Assembly (NCBI GenBank): GCA_018821745.1
Contig: JAHJLU010000476.1
Coordinates: forward strand, 1 to 32,441
DNA: 32,441 bases
Origin: Myxococcota bacterium
GTDB lineage: Bacteria; Myxococcota_A; Polyangia; HGW-17
Direction of reading: 5' to 3'
Below, one piece after another: positions 26,301-32,441 of the stretch. The first letter of the stretch is position 1, and every line of letters begins with the position of its first letter. The translations under genes and the position numbers were made by a program. The notes under the pieces were generated by a model, which saw only the letters and a list, made by a program, of their open reading frames with translations, made no database searches and was not told the DNA's origin.

Positions 26301-28103
26301 ATGAAAAAAATCCTCCTCATCCTTTTTGTTTTATCCGCGTGCAAACGTTCCGGGCTGGAACTGGAAGATCCCATGGAGAAGGGCGACACCACCGTCAAGA
26401 TGTCCACCCCGCACCAGCACAACAGCGGTAATCCCAATAAAACCACCCGGCCCTCCGCGCTGGTGAGAAAACCCCTGATCTCCTTTTTTGAGAAGGGAAA
26501 GGAATCGGTTTTTCATAACCTGCCCGCGGCGAGCACCTTCACCCTGGCCGCCAACGAGGAGAAAGTCCTCGTGGAGATAATGGCCTTCCTCAACGAGTGG
26601 GATACGGCGGCCTACACTTCTTCCGATGAACAATCCGTGGCGCGGTTCATGGCCGATCTGCTCACCACTTCGAGGAAAGACGAGGAATACATTCCATCCC
26701 AGCTCAACTCCCTGCGCCAGTATGCGCTCCCCGTGATGTTGAACAAGGGGATCCCAGAAGGTCACACCTCTCCCGTGGCCTTCAAGAAGCTCAAGGAAAT
26801 CTCTCTGGAGTACTATGACAGGGGGTTCAACCTCAACCATACCTCCAGAAAAGAGCTGCTCACGTTCCTGGGGGAATTCCAACAGATCGCATACAAGGGA
26901 AAGCGGAGCGGGCTGGTTGACTTTGTGCTGCTTGCGGAGCGCATAAAGCCCATCCTTCGACTCCTGAAGAAGGAGGAGGCCCAAGCGTTCAAGCACCTCG
27001 AAAAAACCCTCGCCCGTGACGTGAAGGTAAAGGAGACCGCCATTTCCTTTGCTCCGTTCACCCTCAGGGTGTATCCCGCCGCCCGGACCCGTGCCATGCT
27101 CCATCTGTCCGTCTCCTTCCCGGGAAAGCCCGGTGATGCGCTCTATAAAATGGTGGGTGAAGCGCTCAAGGCGCCGCCGTTTTCCTACGGGATTGTTCTG
27201 CCTGACCGTACCTTTCGGGACAACTATCTCATCATGACCAGCGGGCAGTGCGCCCTGTGTTTTCCCAGTAACGAGATCCCCGGCGATCCCACGCTCCCCA
27301 AAAACCTGCGCAGAATGGACTGGAGCACCTACGGACAGAAGGTGCTTCTCTCCCTCTTCGATAAAAACACCGCGTCATCGCTCGACGGGTGTGTCCCCTC
27401 TCTGCTTGATCTCACGGAGCGTTTTGAAGCCTACCTGGGTGGTGGGAAGGGCTTTCCTCAAGAGTCATCACAAAGTCATCGTATTTCCAAGGCTTTTACT
27501 GATGGGCAGATTCTCAAGGCGCTGTGGATTCGAATCTTTATGCAGCACCTGGTGCTCAGCCTGAAGAACGAGGGCTCCATTCTCAAGCCGGGATGCCGGC
27601 TGGCACCTGTACAGTTCAGTGCTTACCGCTATATGCTGACCTCCTCCCTGGGGGTTGATACTCTGAAACTCCACCACCTCGTGGACGCGCTCTTTATTCG
27701 CGGCCTTTTTGCCCGGTATCCCGCGAAGAAGCCCAAGGGCACCCCCCCCGACCCCAAGGCAACGCAAAAGAAAAAGACCCCCTACGAGAACATGGATGAC
27801 TTTTTTAAAAAAGAGAAGGCCCCCTTCCTCTTCGAAATACTGCCCCTCAAGGAGCGGCTCGAGAAATTCCTGGAGATGCTCTCCGGTCTCCATGGAGATC
27901 CGGTGAAGTGGCTCTTGGAGGAGATCCCAACCAATGGCAATGTCCTGTCGGACAAGCGTCAGAAAGCTGTTCGGGAAGCGTATCTCAAACAGATCCCCTT
28001 CCGGAGAATTTATCTCCCTGCCCAGATGAATATCCGTCGTGGCAGAGTCTTCTTAACCCACGGCGTCGACGCGCTGGACTATTATCTCTCACGATATCGT
28101 TGA
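26301..28103 (+). CDS. Hypothetical lipoprotein, possibly a degenerate peptidase M49 (DPP III)-like fold lacking HExxH
   Basis: Lipobox MKKILLILFVLSAC and a 600-aa open frame. The family resemblance is by eye only. Confidence 0.7.
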   Translation: MKKILLILFVLSACKRSGLELEDPMEKGDTTVKMSTPHQHNSGNPNKTTRPSALVRKPLISFFEKGKESVFHNLPAASTFTLAANEEKVLVEIMAFLNEWDTAAYTSSDEQSVARFMADLLTTSRKDEEYIPSQLNSLRQYALPVMLNKGIPEGHTSPVAFKKLKEISLEYYDRGFNLNHTSRKELLTFLGEFQQIAYKGKRSGLVDFVLLAERIKPILRLLKKEEAQAFKHLEKTLARDVKVKETAISFAPFTLRVYPAARTRAMLHLSVSFPGKPGDALYKMVGEALKAPPFSYGIVLPDRTFRDNYLIMTSGQCALCFPSNEIPGDPTLPKNLRRMDWSTYGQKVLLSLFDKNTASSLDGCVPSLLDLTERFEAYLGGGKGFPQESSQSHRISKAFTDGQILKALWIRIFMQHLVLSLKNEGSILKPGCRLAPVQFSAYRYMLTSSLGVDTLKLHHLVDALFIRGLFARYPAKKPKGTPPDPKATQKKKTPYENMDDFFKKEKAPFLFEILPLKERLEKFLEMLSGLHGDPVKWLLEEIPTNGNVLSDKRQKAVREAYLKQIPFRRIYLPAQMNIRRGRVFLTHGVDALDYYLSRYR

Positions 28104-28233
28104 ACATTTTTCAGACTCCATATTCTTGAAATGTAAAAGGGGATGGCAAGGCAGAAGAATTGCGCTATATTAGCGGTGATAGAAACATATTAGTTGCGCG
28201 GGCCGGTTTGGGGCATCACGCAAGGAGATCACC

Positions 28234-28527
28234 ATGAAAGCATTCACAGCCGTTATTCTATTCGCCCTGCTGCCCGCCGGCAGTGCCTCCGCCAAGGTGT
28301 GTTTCAGTTGCAAGGACAATACACCCGCGGCCTATGTGTGTTCCGATAAAGACACCTTCACCGCCCGCAGAAACGCCCGCAAGCTGGGGTGCAAGATCTC
28401 CAGTTACTCCAGTATCTGCAAATGCGGCGCCATGGTCGACAGCAAAAGTGTTTTCAACCCCAATGTGCTGGTTACCCCCCGCAGCGTCTGGCGTCAGATG
28501 CTTTCCCTGTATCGGATTGGCCTGTGA
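28234..28527 (+). CDS. Small secreted cationic 6-Cys protein
   Basis: AAGGAG RBS, signal peptide ending ASA-K, mature region with Cx2Cx9Cx16Cx8CxC. Confidence 0.75.
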   Translation: MKAFTAVILFALLPAGSASAKVCFSCKDNTPAAYVCSDKDTFTARRNARKLGCKISSYSSICKCGAMVDSKSVFNPNVLVTPRSVWRQMLSLYRIGL

Positions 28528-28614
28528 CCCTCCCGTTGTAGAACCCCTGTCTGCCCAAAACTGGGCCAAAGCACTGCTGTTCAGTCAGTTGACGTTCCGT
28601 ACAAGGGGGGAAAA

Positions 28615-28657
28615 AGTGACCTTGCCAAGTCAGGTCACTCTGTTGTAAAGTCACCCC
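28615..28657 (+). promoter_or_regulatory. Candidate leaderless promoter of the ABC operon (TTGCCA-N18-TAAAGT-N6-ATG) with an inverted repeat AGTGACCT-N9-AGGTCACT over the -35
   Basis: Read directly from 28615-28657. There is no SD before the ATG at 28658. Confidence 0.45.
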
Positions 28658-29374
28658 ATGTCGAAACCTAAAACAATCATCAAAATTTCCAAGGTCAGCA
28701 AGTTTTACGGTTCAGGGTCGGCAAAACAACAGGTCCTCCACGACATCAACATCAATATTTACGAAGGGGATTTTATCTCCATCGTTGGGACTTCAGGAAG
28801 TGGAAAGACCACGCTGCTCAATATCATCGGAGGCCTCGACAGGCGCTATGAGGGAACCTGCCTCGTCGACGGACACAACGTTGAGAAACTCAATGAGCGC
28901 CGGCTTGCGCGGATGCGTAACGAGACCCTGGGTTTCATTTTTCAGTCATTCAATCTCATGGAACATCTCACTGCCTGGGAGAATGTGGCCCTCTCCTCCT
29001 TCTTTGCGGGGACGAAAATCCCCCTGGGGAAGGAGTATGCCCGGGCCACCGAGGTGCTCGAGAAGGTGGGATTGAAAGACAAAATCAACGCCTATCCGGC
29101 CAACCTGTCTGGCGGCCAGAAGCAGCGTGTGGCTATCGCCAGGGCCCTGTACAACAAGCCCCGCCTCCTCCTCTGTGATGAACCGACGGGAAACCTTGAC
29201 TCAAAGACCGGCGAAGAGGTCATCGATCTGTTCAAGGCCCTTAACCGAGAAGATAAAATCACCCTGCTGGTAATCACTCATGAAGACAGGGTTTCTAAAA
29301 CCACCGACCGGAGCATTCAGTTGGAAGACGGACGCATTGTGTCCACCGACTCCAAAAATGCGCCGGTCCACTGA
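28658..29374 (+). CDS. ABC transporter ATP-binding protein (LolD/MacB family)
   Basis: Walker A GTSGSGKT, GFIFQSFNL, LSGGQKQRVAIARAL, CDEPTGNLDS, ITH. Confidence 0.96.
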   Translation: MSKPKTIIKISKVSKFYGSGSAKQQVLHDININIYEGDFISIVGTSGSGKTTLLNIIGGLDRRYEGTCLVDGHNVEKLNERRLARMRNETLGFIFQSFNLMEHLTAWENVALSSFFAGTKIPLGKEYARATEVLEKVGLKDKINAYPANLSGGQKQRVAIARALYNKPRLLLCDEPTGNLDSKTGEEVIDLFKALNREDKITLLVITHEDRVSKTTDRSIQLEDGRIVSTDSKNAPVH

Positions 29375-29385
29375 CAGACAGCAAT

Positions 29386-31005
29386 ATGAATCCAATCAAA
29401 ACCTTCCGACTGGTAGTGAAAAACATCAAGCGCAACTCCAAGCAGTTGCTGCTGGCTTCCATTGGCATTGTAATCGGACTGTGGGCGTTCTCTCTGTTTC
29501 TCGGCTTCGGGCTTGGTATCACCAACGTGGTGGAGGGGGAGATATTTCCCTGGGACAAGCTCGAGGTCATTCCACCCGCCACAAATCTCGCCTCCACGCG
29601 TACCCGTTCGGGCAAGGGCGGTGCATCGGGAAACTGCGATGAGAATGACTTCTTCATTAACGAGCAGCCCAACGGTGTCTTCAATAAAGAGCTGGAGGCC
29701 AAGTTCCGAAAGCTGCGTTATCTAGACGACGGCGTGGTGGAGCTTATCCGGAAGCGTCATGAGGTCCGTACCGCCTACCCGAAGATGAAGTTCACCTTCC
29801 CCGCCATCGCCGAGGGTGGCATGGACGAGCTCCATCTCTCCCACCCGCTGAAGACCGAGATCTTTGCCGACGGTCTCAACCCCTCCAACCTTACCCAGTG
29901 CAACAAGGAGGAGACCGATACCGACATGGAGCGCCACAGGGAGATGCGTCGCTGCGACGTCATGTATCCCTTCAAGTTCAAAGACTACTCCGAAGACGAT
30001 AAACAACTGGGGTTCTGTGAGACCCACAAGGATTGTGCGTCAGGGGTGTTCTGCAACACGAAAGAGACAGAGAATATCTGGATTTTTCCCATGAAGAACG
30101 AAGAAACCATTGGGTATCACCGATGCTACCACGCTGTCCCGGTGGTGGTGTCCACCTATCTGCTTGAGCTGTGGAACGGTTCCATCGCTCCTGCCCACGG
30201 GTATCCCAAGCTGTCAAAGGAGACCCTCGGTACCTTCCTCGGGCTCTCCTTTGAAGTCCACCTTGGGGAGTCCATGTTCTCCTCCAAATCGGTCAACGTG
30301 AAGCCCTTCATGAGAAAGTTCCAGTTGGTGGGAATCTCCAAGCGGGCTATTCCCCTGGGGGTCACTCTCCCCATCTCCTACGCCGCCCGCTACAACAAGT
30401 ACTTCACCACCCGCGATGAATCGGGCGACGCCATGGAGCGTGAAGCCCACAAGTTCAAGACCTTCTCCTCCATCATCGTGCGGGTGAAGTCGAAGAAGCA
30501 GATTACCTCCTTTCTGGCCTACATCCATCGCCTGGGATTCACCCAGCAGGATACCAGCGCCGAGACTGTGGGGCTTGTCATCCTCTTCGTTACGGGGATC
30601 CTGGTGTTCATCAGTTTTGTCATCATTATTATTGCCGCAATTAATATTGCCAATACCTACTTCATGATTATCTCCGAGAGACGGCGTGAAATCGGTATTA
30701 TGAGAGCGCTGGGTGCGAACAGGGGGAACATCAGAACCATATTCCTCCTGGAGGCGGGAATCCTCGGATTCATCGACGGATTTCTGGGTCTGCTCTTCGG
30801 GTGGCTCACCTCCCGCGGAGTTGACTGGGTTATCTGGAATGTTGTCCCCGATTTCCCCTTCAAACCCCCGACAGCCTTCTGTTTCCCGTGGTGGCTGGTG
30901 GTTTCAACCATCGGCTTTGGTATCTTCTTCTGTGTGGTCGGCTCCCTCTTCCCCGCCAACCATGCCTCCCAGATCGAACCCTCCGAGGCGCTCATCCCCC
31001 AGTAG
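29386..31005 (+). CDS. ABC transporter permease (FtsX/MacB/LolCE family) with Cys-rich periplasmic insertions
   Basis: 1+3 TM topology, IANT...ISERRREIGIMRALGA.R..I...FLLEA, FPA.HAS.IEP.EAL. Confidence 0.93.
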   Translation: MNPIKTFRLVVKNIKRNSKQLLLASIGIVIGLWAFSLFLGFGLGITNVVEGEIFPWDKLEVIPPATNLASTRTRSGKGGASGNCDENDFFINEQPNGVFNKELEAKFRKLRYLDDGVVELIRKRHEVRTAYPKMKFTFPAIAEGGMDELHLSHPLKTEIFADGLNPSNLTQCNKEETDTDMERHREMRRCDVMYPFKFKDYSEDDKQLGFCETHKDCASGVFCNTKETENIWIFPMKNEETIGYHRCYHAVPVVVSTYLLELWNGSIAPAHGYPKLSKETLGTFLGLSFEVHLGESMFSSKSVNVKPFMRKFQLVGISKRAIPLGVTLPISYAARYNKYFTTRDESGDAMEREAHKFKTFSSIIVRVKSKKQITSFLAYIHRLGFTQQDTSAETVGLVILFVTGILVFISFVIIIIAAINIANTYFMIISERRREIGIMRALGANRGNIRTIFLLEAGILGFIDGFLGLLFGWLTSRGVDWVIWNVVPDFPFKPPTAFCFPWWLVVSTIGFGIFFCVVGSLFPANHASQIEPSEALIPQ

Positions 31006-31146
31006 GACTGAACAAGACCCCGGCTATTCAAAAGAGTCTGCACACTGGGCAGCGTTGTACTGACGCTGTGGCCCCCACTGCAATTGCATCTGCAGGCTGT
31101 GCTCCCCACTGAATATGATAGGGCGCGGGACTCCGTGGCCACAATA

Positions 31147-31905
31147 TCAGAGTTTGGCGGGTGTTTTAACAGGTGTCTCGGGTGTTTTGGCCGGGCAGGC
31201 AGGGCACTCTCTGGGAGCCTGGATGACACCGGAAGCCATGGATTTCGCCAGCTCCTTGTATACCTGGGGAAAGTATTCCCCCCGGAGGTTTTTCAGGATA
31301 CGATCACGGGCTTTATCAATGCCGTAGAGGGTGAGGTAGCTCTCTTCACCGGAAAAACTGAGGGAGATCTCTTTATAGAGGTACCCGTTTCTGATGTCCA
31401 TGAGCCAGACATTGACCTTCATGGTCACCTTGATATCGTACATGGGTACGAAGAGGGGGGTGATCAGCAGGACCGAGGAGATGACCCAGGGATTCGCCGA
31501 GACCTCTGAATGTGCGGTCCCCGAGAAGATCAGGAGCAGGTCAGCGTGGGCCCTGGCTCCCAGGAGGCGAAGCTTTTTCAGCGAGACAGCGGGTTTGGGC
31601 TCGTAGCGGCTGTAGCGTGACGAGCCGGGGATCCCTTCCACCAAAATCGAAGGAATTTTATAAAAGGATTTCACGTGGGGCAGGATGGAGAGCCCTTTTT
31701 CAAACTCCCTCTCATCGGAGGTGAGGTTGTAAAAGGCCAGAGCGGCGGGGAGGAGCATCTGGGGTTTTGCCATGTAGGCTTTCTTAATGTCCTCGTCGTT
31801 TATTTCCCGCGCGTTCGTAGGGGTGAAGGTGCGTGAGGGCTCATAAATTTGACCGCTGGCGCAGCCGGCCAAGGCGAGAATAATTAAAAAGCTTAACGAT
31901 TTCAT
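31147..31905 (-). CDS. Hypothetical lipoprotein
   Basis: AGGAAGGA RBS, start MKSLSFLIILALAGC (canonical lipobox), low-complexity PAKTPETPVKTPAK tail. Confidence 0.85.
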   Translation of the reverse strand: MKSLSFLIILALAGCASGQIYEPSRTFTPTNAREINDEDIKKAYMAKPQMLLPAALAFYNLTSDEREFEKGLSILPHVKSFYKIPSILVEGIPGSSRYSRYEPKPAVSLKKLRLLGARAHADLLLIFSGTAHSEVSANPWVISSVLLITPLFVPMYDIKVTMKVNVWLMDIRNGYLYKEISLSFSGEESYLTLYGIDKARDRILKNLRGEYFPQVYKELAKSMASGVIQAPRECPACPAKTPETPVKTPAKL

Positions 31906-32104
31906 TATTTTGTCCTTCCTGATGTGGTCAGGCCCGTTATGGCGCCTGGCCAATATTAGCAGAGTTGACGTGACAAATCAGAAGATATTTCCCCCATCGT
32001 CACTTGCCCAGGGCATATCTGCCCCCATTGATAATTGGTTCCAAAGGCGCTAATGTGTAAGTATGAAACTAGTGGTGCCGCAATTTTCCAAGGAGGATGT
32101 ATAT

Positions 32105-32441
32105 ATGCTAAAATCAATGGTGCTTATTCTTTTGGGGTTGTCACTCATGCTGCCGTCAGGGGTAGCCAGAGGGCAGGCGCTCTACTATCATGCCCGTGCG
32201 CTGAAGAAGGACTGGGACTGGTCCTCGCTCAAACAGGCAGACAAGGGATTGTACTACTTCACCCGTGCCATGAAGAAGGACTGGGACTGGGCGGCCCTCA
32301 AGCGCACCAACCCCTCCCTTTATTATTACGCCCGGGCCATGAAGAAGGATTGGGACTGGGCGGCCCTCAAGCGCACCAATAAAAAGCTCTATTACCTGGC
32401 CCGTGCGCTGAAGAAGGACTGGGACTGGCCCGCCCTCAAAC
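32105..32441 (+). CDS. Secreted protein made of tandem 23-aa repeats (partial, runs off window end)
   Basis: AAGGAGG RBS at 32090-32096. Signal peptide MLKSMVLILLGLSLMLPSGVARG, then LYYHARALKKDWDWSSLKQADKG / LYYFTRAMKKDWDWAALKRTNPS / LYYYARAMKKDWDWAALKRTNKK / LYYLARALKKDWDWPALK. Absent from the ORF track because it has no stop in the window. Confidence 0.88.
   Translation, partial: MLKSMVLILLGLSLMLPSGVARGQALYYHARALKKDWDWSSLKQADKGLYYFTRAMKKDWDWAALKRTNPSLYYYARAMKKDWDWAALKRTNKKLYYLARALKKDWDWPALK
32180..32441 (+). repeat. 69-bp period tandem coding repeat (at least 4 units)
   Basis: Units start at 32180, 32249, 32318 and 32387, with conserved core GAAGAAGGAYTGGGACTGG. Confidence 0.95.

Noticed and set aside
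702-31005. Genome-wide reassignment of TAG
   Set aside because: aclA, aclB, the histidine kinase, the FHA gene and the ABC permease end in TAG at their expected C-termini, and no other conserved gene has an internal TAG.
32035-32382. 115-aa ORF from the supplied track
   Set aside because: It is an alternative frame of the repeat gene. The real frame starts at 32105 with an RBS and signal peptide.
32180-32441. 69-bp periodicity resembling a CRISPR array
   Set aside because: The 'spacers' are similar to each other, the period is a multiple of 3, variation is largely synonymous within an open frame with RBS and signal peptide, and there are no cas genes in the window.

Overview
Roughly 55-60% GC bacterial chromosomal segment. 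The Myxococcus-type Cys-rich repeats, Hanks kinase/FHA pair and many lipoproteins suggest a Myxococcota-like (former Deltaproteobacteria) organism; this is inference only. The left ~8.5 kb is a decayed accessory region. It holds an FAD-oxidoreductase fragment, a rhuM-like gene broken by two in-frame TAGs, orphan 3' gene tails (including an RCC1-repeat tail) and a deleted/frameshifted thiI, interleaved with intact lipoprotein genes, one of them a large Cys-repeat/beta-propeller surface protein. The core part carries a stand-alone Zn-motif-less rpsD with a Fur-family-like box in its promoter, an aconitase-aclB-aclA (ATP-citrate lyase) cluster, and a divergent orphan histidine kinase with a 4-Cys sensor motif. 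It continues with an FHA-recG-Ser/Thr kinase cluster, a patatin-like hydrolase, a possibly inactivated peptidase M49-like lipoprotein, a small 6-Cys secreted protein next to a MacB/LolCDE-type ABC exporter, and a secreted protein built from an unrecognised 23-aa repeat (YYxARAMKKDWDW) that runs off the window end. No rRNA, tRNA, CRISPR array, transposase or integrase was recognised.
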